From Mytilus trossulus (taxonomy: Eukaryota), in contig NC_086374.1 in NCBI RefSeq assembly GCF_036588685.1, forward strand, positions 10,726,001 to 10,790,000: DNA of 64,000 nucleotides, read 5' to 3'. Positions within the stretch are counted from its first letter, which is position 1. Each line of letters begins with the position of its first letter. A model generated the notes under the pieces. It did not search any database and had not been told where the DNA came from. It saw only the letters and a list, made by a program, of their open reading frames with translations. Shown in pieces: positions 12,801 through 23,578 of this stretch. The translations under genes and the position numbers were made by a program.

Positions 12801-15800
12801 TCCATACTACTGGCTCAAAAATCCAACCTTGGCTACATACCTTTCCATACTCCTGGCTAATAAATTAAACCTTGGCTACATACCTTTCCATACTCCTGGC
12901 TAATAAATCAAACCTTGGCTACAAACCTTTCCATACTCCTGGCTAATAAACCAAGTCTTGGCTACATACCTTTCCATACTCCTGGCTAATAAATCAAACC
13001 TTGGCTACATACCTTTCCTTACTCCTGGCTTATAAATCAAACCTTGGCTTCATACTTTTCCATACTCCTGGCTAATAAAACAAACCTTGGGTACATACCT
13101 TTCCATACTCCTGGCTAAACCAAGTATTGGCTACATTCATTAGATATAGGAAGATGTGGTGTGAGTGCCAATGAGACAACTCTCCATCCAAATAATAATT
13201 TAAACAGTAAACCATTATAGGTTAAAGTACGGCCTTCAACACGGAGCCTTGGCTCACACCGAACAACAAGCTATAAAGGGCCCCAAAATTACTAGTGTAA
13301 AACCATTCAAACGGGAAAACCAACGGTCTAATCTATATAAACAAAACGAGAAATGAGAAACACGTATATATTACATAAACAAACGACAACTACTGTACAT
13401 CAGATTCCTGACTTAGGACAGGTGCAAACATTTGCAGCGGGATTTAACGTTTTAATGGATCCAAACCTTCTCCCTTTTTCTGAAACAATAGCATAACATC
13501 ACAACATAGAACAACATACGATAAAATATCGATTGGCAGACTTATGTTCATACTCCTTGCTAATAAATTTAAGATTTGCTACATACCTGCCCATACCCAA
13601 ATATGAATAAATGAAACATTGACCAGACCCCTGTCGATACTTTAAGGCTAGTGAAGAATGAAAAACGTTTGCCAGATACATGTATCTACCCATACCTTTA
13701 GTCTAATAAATGACGTAACTTTTGCTACATACCTGCCCATACTCCTAGGCTAATAAATGATGAAACTTTTGCTACGTACCTGCCCATACTCCTAGGCTAA
13801 TAAATGATGAAACTTTAGCAGATCTCCAGTTCATAGATCGTATTGGATTGACTATCGCATGGTATCTATCTATTGTCATGGCCGACAATGTTAAACAAGT
13901 TGCATGTAAAGGCACCTGTAAAATGTTTTAAAGTACATCATAGCCACAAAAATAACATTATTAAAAAAATCTTTTTGAATGGCTTAAGCTTGCGTCAACA
14001 ATTTTAGGTTTATAAATTACGACATGTATAAAATACATTACAAAAATACTGAACTAAGAGGAAAATTAAAAATGGAAAGTTTCTAATCAAATGACAAAAT
14101 CAAATGATAAAACACATAAAACGAATGGACAATAATTGTTATATTCCTGACTTGGTACAGACATTTTCAAAAAATGTAAACAATAGTGAATTGAACCTGG
14201 TTTGATAGCGATAAACCTCTCAATTGTATGACAGTCGCATCAAAATTCATTATATTTACAACAATGCGTGAACAAAAAAAACCATGATGATCGTAATAGG
14301 TAACATATTAAAACTTAATATTTTCAAATTATAAATATATATTTGCATGAACAAGATTTTATTTATTTTAAACAGCTACTGTTTGTCATTTGTTGTCGAC
14401 TGTAACTTTGCTATAATATTTGAACGTTTTCTGCCTGTACACAGGACAATTAATCTTGATTAGCCTTATGTTATAAAATGAACTCGATATCAAATACTTC
14501 ACTTATTTGATTCGATATAATTTCGACATCTTACTTAATGTAATGTCACTAAGAAGCACAGAAGGATGAGAGTGAAACCATTAGGATTCCTTTTATGTTA
14601 TATGTTCAGGAATGATATGTTTGATCGGATAGAAGTCTATTAGACGAAGTAGAAATAAATCCAACAAACCGATTTATCTTATTACACGTAATACTTAATA
14701 AATCAGAAGGGATTTGTGAGAGAAACAAATTAAAAAGTGAACATTCACACAATTTATATAATTACAAAGTCCTATTTTTGTCGCAGTAGAGTTGTCGTAG
14801 TAAGCGTGCCGTGGAAATAATATTTCTTGGATTTTATAAACATGAACATGTAGAATATTAATCATCTTTGCTGGAAAAAAAACCATGCTGATTGAAAAAA
14901 GCAAAACGACCACAACATACAAATAGTGTTCTTTATACGATGAAAAATAGTAAAATCTGTCAACTTTTATGTAATTAAATTTTTTTTTTTTAAAGTGTCG
15001 AAAAATTGAAAGGGAACTAGCTACGAGACATATACAAAAACTCCAATAATACATTTTTTTTGTTCCATCATTAATGAAAATGTAGAACTGAAATAATTTT
15101 TCGCTTTGAGCAGGCAGTTCAGTCATTTTTTTGTCAAAATAAGCTTAAAACCATTATGATCAATTATTCACTAGCAAGTGAACAATTTGACCTCATTGAA
15201 TCCGTATTGATTTGAAATTCAATGTGACCCCTTAGCCAAAGATGAATAACGCTTGAGTTATCCCTGTAAAGTTATTTAAAGGAAATGAATTTCAACATTG
15301 AAAGTGAAACAAATTTAAATAATTTTATTGACTGATTCGATCCACACAAATTAATTCGTATACAGGAAAAAAGATGAACATATATTTTCAATCTTTACTA
15401 TGAAACTAAACAGACCTATAAAAATCTAATTTCATGAGTTGCTAAATCTATTTATATCTATTTCTATGTAAATATCGCTGATATATTGACCGGGGTTGTT
15501 CAGGGGTCCACTTGATGGTTACTTAGAGGGCGTCTCGATGAAAACACATACGGAACGAAACTACAAATTATTGAGCTCATGACTTGAAAACTGTTTATTT
15601 AAGAGAAACAGTAGGTGGGATAAATTTTTATATTGTTATGAGTCGAATCGAAGAACATAAATTTGATAGCTAGTGCCCCTTAAATATAACCCAAATAGAC
15701 ATAAAAGGTAAATGTGAAGGTAGTAGGGATTCAACTACCAAAACTGTGTTAGGATAACCATTGACATTAAACATAACAGATTAAAAGATTTCTACTAACA

Positions 15801-18042
15801 AAAGCAAAAAATAAAAAAATGCCATGAAATGTTTTTGAAGATAACAGTAAATTTTACTAAGACACTAACAATATTTTTGTTTAAACTAGGCTGTTTCGCT
15901 CACCTGCAACTTAAACAATGGCAAAGATTTTGATAATACTGACTTATTTGTAGATCGAATTGAAGTTTATTGGGGGGGGGGGGGGGGCAATAGACGTGCT
16001 GATCTAAGTCGTGAATATATCTGAATTATTTGTACACTGCAAGACGAGTGTTTATAAATAGATGTTTTGACCTTGATCGAAGAAGTCGATTCAACAAACC
16101 TCGTTTGAAACTAACATAATGTTCAATAGTAGTGCATCTATTGTAATTTTGAAGCATATATGACGTGAAAATAAAACAAAAAGGCCGTTTTTTAACAACA
16201 ACTTAACAACAAATGTTAACGCCAAAACAAAGTGACGACTGCATATTAAACAGATATCATATTCCTTTTCATTTTCGACATTAAAGGAAGGAATACCATT
16301 TCAGCAGAGTTGTTGATTATTGCGAACATATTATCGTAAAAGTAATAGCGCTGTCACAACAGTTTATTAATTTTACCTTGGATGATTTGTAATGAATGTC
16401 GTCAATGCTTTACGACAATACAAAATCCGTTCGTGGTTATACAACTTTAATGTTTGTACTTTTGTGTGACCTTTAGTGACGACTCTGTATGATGCAAAAC
16501 GAAATCCTTTGATTTATATTCAGTTAACAGAAAAGAAAAACGATCAAAGGAACTCTTCAAATGATATAAATAACTTGATAATAGAATTACAATGTAATCA
16601 GAGATAAAAAAAACAAAAAAAAAAAAAACAAGAGTAACACCTAAACAGGGATCAATATAAAGATTGAAAAAGGTAGGAAGCCCAGAATTCACACAGAACA
16701 GTATCGTCACTCACCCATCCAGAGTGAAAAGACGTATTACAACATTTTCCTGGCTTTAAGTTTGGCAGTTAAGTTCCCGAACAAGGAAAGGACGTCAACT
16801 TAAAAGCCGCGATTAGGTGAACGGGTATAATATCTATTTATGAAGGAATACCTGCAATGTGTATATTTACAATATACAATTATGGCCCGCTGAGGAGTTG
16901 TCATGTCGAGTACGGGTTATTCAATGAGGGCTTTAGTCGGGGAGAATCAGTTACTCGGGTTGGCAATTTTGGGTAATCACCGACTCAATGGGTCATAATT
17001 GTTTTATTATACTGAACGAACAGTTTCAGTCTAAAGTACAATACAGATTGCCAAACACTTACGTTAAAAGCCTATTTTGGATCTATTGATATTTCGCGTA
17101 TCATACTATGTGCAACAAAGCTAGACTCTTTCTGTACTATATAGATGGCCCTTAAAAGGGCTGTTTACAAGAGAATAATCATGCCTGTAATATTTGTTCT
17201 ACCTATTCGGAATAACTTGAAAAGTTGAGGACACTCTTTAAAATCAACACACTTTAACATAATTAGGGTTAGTAGTTCCCAGTCAGGTTCAGCAACACGA
17301 ATATCACGATTAAGTAAGCAACATATACTCCATGACTGGGCGGATGCTAACATGATATCCTCAGTTCTGTGTAAGGTATATAATCCTTCCAACAACCTCT
17401 TTGCACTAAACATTTTTTTTAAATACCTATCTCATATACGATTTTCTACGGTCATTTTTTAAGAATGTTTATGTATTTAAAAAAAAAAAAATTCTAACGA
17501 TTGTGTACATATATAAGTTCGGGAAAAAGGAACTACATGTCATTTCGTTTAAAATACGAAGAAAGAAATTTTTTTACAAAGTTCAAGGGCTTTCAACCTA
17601 AAACGGGCTTTTCAAGATGAACCTAAGTTTATTGATTGATTTTTTTAAATATAAATATCTGACATATATCATATTTTATTGATTGATTTTTTTAACTATT
17701 AAAATATCTTACATATATCATATAAGTTGACAGTTTGCAGACCGCATCTCCTAGAATCCAGGTAGGTATAACTATATGAATCAATGTTGCAGGTACAACA
17801 AATATAATAAACATCAAATCAGCGATGGCAAGGTTAATGACGTATACGTTGGTTACAGAGCGTTCGCCGAATCGAAACAATATATAAAGTACAAGGCCGT
17901 TGCCAATGGCACCTGTAACTATAATCAGACTCCAAACTGAGCTGACCAGTACCACAGCTTCAATTGGTAACGGTTGTTGTATTTTAGAGTCATTTCCAGT
18001 TGTCATTAAGATGGTGCTTATATTCTCTGTAACAGTTTCCAT
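9382..18042 (-). CDS. Class A neuropeptide GPCR, kisspeptin receptor (KISS1R/GPR54)-like; join(17713-18042,13780-13915,11333-11568,9382-9810), 376 aa
   Basis: Four exons join in frame over GT-AG introns (330+136+236+429=1131 nt). Motifs: TM1 GAIGN, TM2 NLAIADL, ECL1 W-ILGDAVCK, TM3 HATCLTLSAMTIDRY, ECL2 Cys, TM6 CWFP, TM7 HTLSYANSCVNPFVY, and N-terminal N-glycosylation sequons NIS and NDS. The TM3 ATC motif and intron positions resemble KISS1R more than galanin/allatostatin-A receptors. Confidence 0.9.
11333..11568 (-). CDS. GPCR coding exon 3 (TM4-ECL2-TM5-ICL3), 236 nt
   Basis: Acceptor TTTTTTAG|TG; (V)SISISLPFFLFQ...DCVPKW...FFIPMTAITICY...AKPE; donor GAG|GTAAGA (phase 0). Confidence 0.92.
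11736..11833 (-). ncRNA. Degenerate type-P5 twister ribozyme (family B) in GPCR intron 2
   Basis: P5 CUGUCAUA/UAUGACAG, L1 AAGGU, UAAUCC, L4 UACCAAGU; P4 is partly broken. Confidence 0.5.
13141..13540 (-). mobile_element. Short non-coding interspersed element (family D): twister ribozyme followed by a shared 3' tail
   Basis: Interrupts the minisatellite. Ends in TTGTCTCATTGGCACTCACACCACATCTTCC, a tail also seen near 7320, 25930, 33455, 38060, 51261, 54417 and 60432. Confidence 0.8.
13400..13483 (-). ncRNA. Type-P5 twister ribozyme (family D)
   Basis: UCAGA-AAAA-GGGA-GAAGG-...-AAA-UCCC-GCU-[GCAAA UG UUUGC]-A-CCUG-UCCUAAGU-CAGG-AA-UCUGA: P5, P2, P3 and P4 all pair, and pseudoknot T1 is AGG:CCU. 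Predicted cut is between 13445 and 13444. Confidence 0.8.
13780..13915 (-). CDS. GPCR coding exon 2 (TM3-DRY-TM4), 136 nt; not in the ORF track
   Basis: Acceptor TTTTACAG|GTG; translates VPLHATCLTLSAMTIDRYHAIVNPIRSMNWRSAKVSSFISLGVWA; donor CAG|GTACGT (phase 1). Confidence 0.92.
14136..14234 (-). ncRNA. Degenerate type-P5 twister (family B) in GPCR intron 1
   Basis: UGUCAUA...GAGAGGU...AAACCAGGUUCAAUUCAC...GUCUG UACCAAGU CAGG A AUAUAACA. Confidence 0.55.
15011..15680. mobile_element. Non-autonomous DNA transposon, Kolobok-like
   Basis: Imperfect TIRs AGGGAACTAGCTA / TAGCTAGTGCCCCT with TTAA-like flanks (TGAA, TAAA). Confidence 0.55.
16876..17002. mobile_element. Decayed terminal hairpin of a hairpin-ended element
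   Basis: Arms ACAATTATGGCCC / GGGTCATAATTGT; centre GAGGGCTTTAGTCGGG. Confidence 0.55.
17713..18042 (-). CDS. GPCR coding exon 1 (N-terminus to start of TM3)
   Basis: METVTENIS...CKLSTYMIY, then donor TAT|GTAAGA (phase 0). An acceptor TTTAG lies 6 nt upstream of the ATG (18049-18050). Confidence 0.92.
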
Positions 18043-19099
18043 ATTGACCTAAACATATAATAAAGATAATTTATTCAGATTTGAATAAGACAAAGATATA
18101 TAGTAACACTTAAGTTTCCTTATTTTTTTGACAGAGATACATTCTGAGTTCTCATTATGAGTTTTCATATGTCTTGTCGTCATTATTTCCGTTTTTATTT
18201 ATTTTAGAATCTTGCACTTGAGCCAGACCTTTGATTTTATATGTTATTGTTTACTGACTGTACGTTGCCCTCTTAAGGTCTTTTGGTTAATCGTCGTAAG
18301 CTTACAACTAACAAAGACATTCCCAAAGTCTTTTCGTAAGCCACAAGATTTGCTAGTGAGAGCTAATTTATCCTGTTTTCCAGATTTTATCTTTGGTTTT
18401 CATGGATTTCATGGGCCAAATTAATGATGCACTTTTTCTTAGCCATTTGTTTAATGTCATTCGATTTCCTTTGGTGATGCTCGATAAGTTTTCGATGTGT
18501 TTACAAGATTCGAACATCATTAAGATATTGTGGAATTTCTTGTTCATTGACAGATTTCAAGAAATATAATTATGAAAGCTGTGTGTGTTTTGTGTACATT
18601 GAAAGGTATAATATTGGACATATATAAAAGTATAGGCAATCATTACTTTTCATGTGAAGTTGAATTTTTATGAATCATGTTATAAAGTATGATCGATACT
18701 GAATACGAAAATATATTAACAACAGCATTTGAAAGCTTGATAATTATTTATCGATTGTGATTTCAATTAAGAAGAAAACATAAAAATAAAGTGATTGAAT
18801 TTAATTTTCTCTCAAATGATAACCTCTCCAATTGAGCATACAAGGAATGTTATATCTTTTGTCCTATCATTTCCATAGAAATTATAGCAGTTTATTAGGA
18901 AAATTGCGTCAGAATAATACTCATGTCAGATCTACGTGGGCTACAATGTCTTGCAACAAATGTGCTCCCCTATTGTATCAATTTTGTTGACTAAAATAGT
19001 TATGTGTAATGACAAATATATGTTTGCATAAAATAAATGACGGGGAAAAACAAACCACATGTTTTCAGATATTTTATATAATTATTTTATTTCAAAAAA

Positions 19100-20562
19100 G
19101 AGAAACAAAAACAGACAAAATAATAGTACACCAGACATAACATAGAAAACTAAAGACTAAGCAACAAGATCCAACCAAAAACTAGGGATGATCTTATATG
19201 CTCTTGAAGGGTACTCAGATCCTGCCTCGCATGTGACACCCGTCATATTGCTCATGCTATCACAAAACGGGTAAATAGTCTTAATTCGGTAGGTCACATT
19301 TGTGAAAAGGGAATGGGATTGGCGTTAAGACATAAGGAACATTTCCGATAACATGTTTGTGATACAGATATCCATAACGGTCAACCATCTCGTGATGGCG
19401 TCTGTAAAATGTAAGTAGGGATGATTTTAACTTCACCATTTTGAACTCTTAAGTAATCGCGTCCTAGTGAACATCAAACCTCTATCAAGAAAATCATAAT
19501 AGGAAATACAGGACCTGGATATCGTATTAATTGGAAGATATATACTCCGCATGCAGGGGCTGGTGGTATATTTAAGAAATAATTCATGGAAGCCATAGAT
19601 TATTGGAAATTTACACATGGCCTGGGCCGTGATATTCGAATTTTATCCTGAGGGTTAGCGAGGGATAAAATTAACGAATATCACGGCCAAGGCCATGTGT
19701 AAATTTCCAATAATCTATGGCTTCCATAAATTATTTCGATTCTTATAGGACAAATATGATCATTACAAAAACTGAAGCGAGGGTGGGTAAAGCTGTGTGT
19801 GTGGCTGTTCCTTTTTACTCCCTGTTAAATAAAGCTCAAACATTCTAGTAAATCCGTTGCTTGCATGGATTAATTCGTGAACAACCGCTGAAATAAAAAT
19901 CTGTTTCATTCTCAAAACCAACAATTGTCATTTTGATTTACATGTTTTTCTCGTAAGCTACTGTCAAATCCAAAGTTGACATTTCGTAACTAAGGAGCCG
20001 CCATGTTGACTTGCTGAAATCAGTAAATATGCGAATAATGCAATAGAATAGAAAATCAAACGAAACCTACATTGATACTCAATTTTAATACAATAGTAAA
20101 CACCATTTCAATGGTAAACGTAACAGAAAACTTTCAACTCTAACGTTTTCATTTGTATGACGTCATGTTTTGAAATAACTAAAATGCGCCAAAAACATTT
20201 ATAGACTTTCGCGGAATTTTATGTTATTCTTATTTTGTTGGTTTCGCCGAGATCTTGTGCATTACTTCTTTTTATTAAGCATCTGAATAAGAATAAAAGT
20301 GATTTTGTCTTTTTTTTAATTGCAATTTTTAAAACAATAAAATCGGGAAAGGGTTTGCAAAAAGGTTTCAATACATGTGGATTTACGTGGGAAGTATATT
20401 GTAACAGCCATTATTAGGTACACCACGGAGTCTGCGCTAAGTATAGATATATCGAGAATTTTATCACAGTGTTGTTTACAAGCGAAAGAAGCACGTCATA
20501 TTAGAATGATACATAGAAATGGAAAGTTCAAACTCGGGAGGCTAAAATCATGTCTTTTGTCT
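19100..20562 (-). mobile_element. PLE family 1 3' fragment split by an insertion
   Basis: 20511-20562 encodes DKRHDFSLPSLNFPFL. 19100-19570 continues with PAPACGVY...ISYYDFLDRGL and the same 3' UTR as 45950-46250. Confidence 0.75.
19576..20507. mobile_element. Hairpin-ended non-autonomous element (Crypton-like)
   Basis: 162-bp near-perfect palindrome at 19576-19737. The adjacent ATTCTTATAGGAC is inverted relative to GTCATATTAGAAT at the far end. A relative lies at about 63340-63770. Confidence 0.75.
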
Positions 20563-20721
20563 TTAGACGTTTTTCAGTTTGTATGTTATGTTCCCGGACG
20601 TTTCGTCGGTTTTATCTCGTGTTTTGGGGCATTTTATGTTTTGTTTTATGATCTCAAACGTTGTACATATAATTTCCAACCCATGGTTAAGAAAATTATA
20701 ACAATTATTATAGCACTAATA

Positions 20722-21160
20722 CGGTACAGGCATTATCTTATGTAGAAAATGTTGGAGTAAACCTTGATTTATAGCTAGCTGAAATCGTCACTTGTATGAA
20801 AGTCGCATAAAACTCTAATATATTAATGACGATGTATAAACAAAACAAACATACATAATAGTAAGTTAAAAATGTCACAAATAGGGGTGCAGCAGTCAAC
20901 ATTGTGTTATAATCTTAAAACTATAAGAATCAACAAATATAACAACATTGAAAAGCAAAATTAATAGTGACAAAGCCAGTCAGCAAACACGACAGATAAC
21001 TACAAACATTTACATTAGCACTTTAACACAAAAATAGAATGTACAAGTACCGAGCAACTTCAAATGAATGATACCAAAAATAGACTAATCATTGTAAAGA
21101 AACGTTATTGAGATTAAACATCATCAGTACCTAGAATCTATACTTCAGGACCATCGTGTA
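20722..21160 (-). mobile_element. PLE family 2: ORF end plus 3' UTR containing a decayed family-B twister
   Basis: The reverse complement of 21101-21160 aligns to 56046-56105 (last codons of the PLE RT ORF). It runs on to ACUUUCAUACAAGUGA...UAGCUAUAAAUCAAGGUUUACUCCAAC...GCCUGUACC at 20722-20806. Confidence 0.7.
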
Positions 21161-23512
21161 TACATGGTCTCTTTCCATGAATTGTTTTTAGAAAAAAGGC
21201 GAGAGGTTTTGAATTTTCCTTGAAGCTTATTTCACATTTGTTGTAACTTTTAACTTTCAAATTTCTTAAAATTGAGATATTTCCTACTGACGTGACAATT
21301 TGAAGCAGATCAAGCTATCAATTTAAACCAAATAAAAGAATTGAAATCTTTTGAACACCTACAGAACGAACGGCATCAGGTGTGTTGATTGGGTAAACTT
21401 TTCCAAGTCTCATATTAAATATTGCTAAAGCACCATGTTAATCGAAAGAAAACTATTTGAAAGAAAAAAGTGTAATTTTTATGTCATTATCAGAAAAATG
21501 TGACTAGCTTCTTCCCTCATGGAAACACATTATAAACTTAAGCTTTTGTCCGTCCGTCCACTTTCATGTTACATATAATCTTGTTTAATTTCATAGCTCT
21601 TTATTTATCAGAATGTTTAAGCAAATAATAAAAAATAGTTTCGTTTTCGTAATTTTTTTTGAGTTATTGCCCTGCTTGTCTATCTTTATCCTTTTATAGT
21701 TTTAAAAACGGCTAGGTATAAAGTATGTTATTGCAAATACTGCAACAATTGGTTCGTGTGAATCATCAACAAAATGATAGCCGACTAAATTCTTTATTTG
21801 CTAAATATATATGACGGATATCGCTCAATCACTCAATGGAAAGTTTGTTTATAACTCGGCACGCTGATGTGCACATTAGTTTACATATATTCTTATTAAA
21901 GACTAGTTTAGCAAAATACGGAAGCGAATATCAATTGTATCATGAATTATCATTATCTTCTATTTTGTTCGTATATATTTTTTTTTCTTCAAAAACCTTC
22001 ATGCTGTGTCAACGTGACAAATTTTGCAGTTATTGTCAACTTATGATGAAAACAAAGTCTATAAAACAAATCCATAGCCGCAACCTACGATCCCAACTGT
22101 ATTATTACCCAAAATGTCAACATTAATATTAAATCTGTTGACAGAGGAATTGTCAAGACTATGAGTAGTGGTCAAAGTAAAATGTAGAGTTATTGGAAAT
22201 TCAACCAAAACTGCCGTTGGTATAAAAATAAGGCATAGATTATGTTTCATAATTTCCTGATGTACAATAAAATATCATATCATCCAATGATAATCCTAAA
22301 TGAACCTATTCCTTTTTGTTAGAGTATTCTTGTAGCTGATTATTTCTCTGTCTTATTTAAAACATACCTTATGTAAACATATAATCATTTGTTTTCTTTG
22401 CACGGATTTTAATTTCAAATGAATTTAAGACAGAATGAAACTTAGATATAGCTGATATAAGTCTATTTTGTATTACTTTTACAAGAATGGCTTGTATGGG
22501 TTCTTTTCTTTTCCAATAATACGTTTTCTAATTTAAAAGTATATCTTAATGATTTAATGAATTTCTCAATTAAATCTTAAAAAAAAACACAAAAAAAACA
22601 TATTATTGCTTTAAAATTATACCTTCCATTGAATTAATGAATTGCTTACCATGTACAAATATGTCTTTCTTCCGCTCACACAAAAATGAATAACTATGAC
22701 ACTGTCTCAACGTATCCTCACACACGGAAAGAAATAACTATCTCACTGCATCAACTTAAAACTTTTAACACTCCGTCAATGAATGTATCTAAAATCTTAA
22801 ACCAGTGTTCACATCGACAGTCATAAATGTAAGTATCATCCAATGCTTATCTAATCGATACATTGGTTTAATATATATTTACTACAGACTATTCCCAAGT
22901 CCTCTGCACTCTGTAGAAGACAAACTTGAAGTGAACAGCAGAAGCAGTTTACATAACGATTTACCAGAAACTTCAAATGCTTTTTGTTTAAGGCGAGATT
23001 AAGACAGTTATGAATATTAATATCCATTGCAAAACTATGACAGATATTAATGGCTTTTAGACTGTCGTGTGATATACATCCTGCCAACAATTATAATCAG
23101 AGTCTCATGTTGCATGTATTCACTGAATTTGAGTTTTAATAGTATATTTTCAATTAAATTTTTTTTTGCATTTAAATTAAAACATAAATAATAAGAACGA
23201 ATTCATCAACTACTTTCATTTTGACAACGACTTGTTTTGCAGTTATACTTTCAGAAGTTGGATTTGCAAGCATAGTTTATATTCTTGGATGACAAACAAC
23301 TCTTGAATTTTGAAACAAATACCTTTGAAAAACTGTCAAACTAGTATTATCTTTATATTTTTTAAATTTAAGAATAAAGAAATAATATTCGTAACTAATA
23401 AGACATGTTTCAGGCAAATCACATTCCAAAAGACAACAATCGTTTAAATCTTTAATTTGAGTTCCACCTCCAATATTATAGAATATATCTCACTGTTGAT
23501 AAAATTGATAAG

Positions 23513-23578
23513 AAGTTATCAAAGGTACCAGGATTAGTATTTTTAAAATACGCCAGACGCTCGTTTCGTCTACATACA
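23513..23578 (-). mobile_element. Retrozyme fragment with 3' half of a hammerhead
   Basis: Minus strand reads GTAGACGAAACGAGCGTCTGGCGT...CCTGGTACCTTTGATAAC. Confidence 0.65.

Larger units (their letters stand above)
12055..13820. repeat. 41-47 bp minisatellite derived from the exon 2 end plus splice donor, interrupted by an insertion at about 13141-13540
   Basis: Unit GGCTACATACCTTTCCATACTCCTGGCTAATAAATCAAACCTT (43 bp, homogeneous 12485-13137). The 47-bp units next to the exon match 13771-13817. Roughly 30 units in total. Confidence 0.92.

Noticed and set aside
12485-13137. CRISPR-like regular array
   Set aside because: Units are contiguous with no unique spacers, derive from the GPCR exon end, and there are no cas genes; the context is eukaryotic.
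15972-15987. G16 run as a functional G-quadruplex
   Set aside because: An isolated homopolymer with no supporting context.
17165-17413. 82-aa minus-strand ORF in intron 1 as an extra GPCR exon
   Set aside because: No GPCR similarity; exon 1 joins exon 2 with a continuous TM3.
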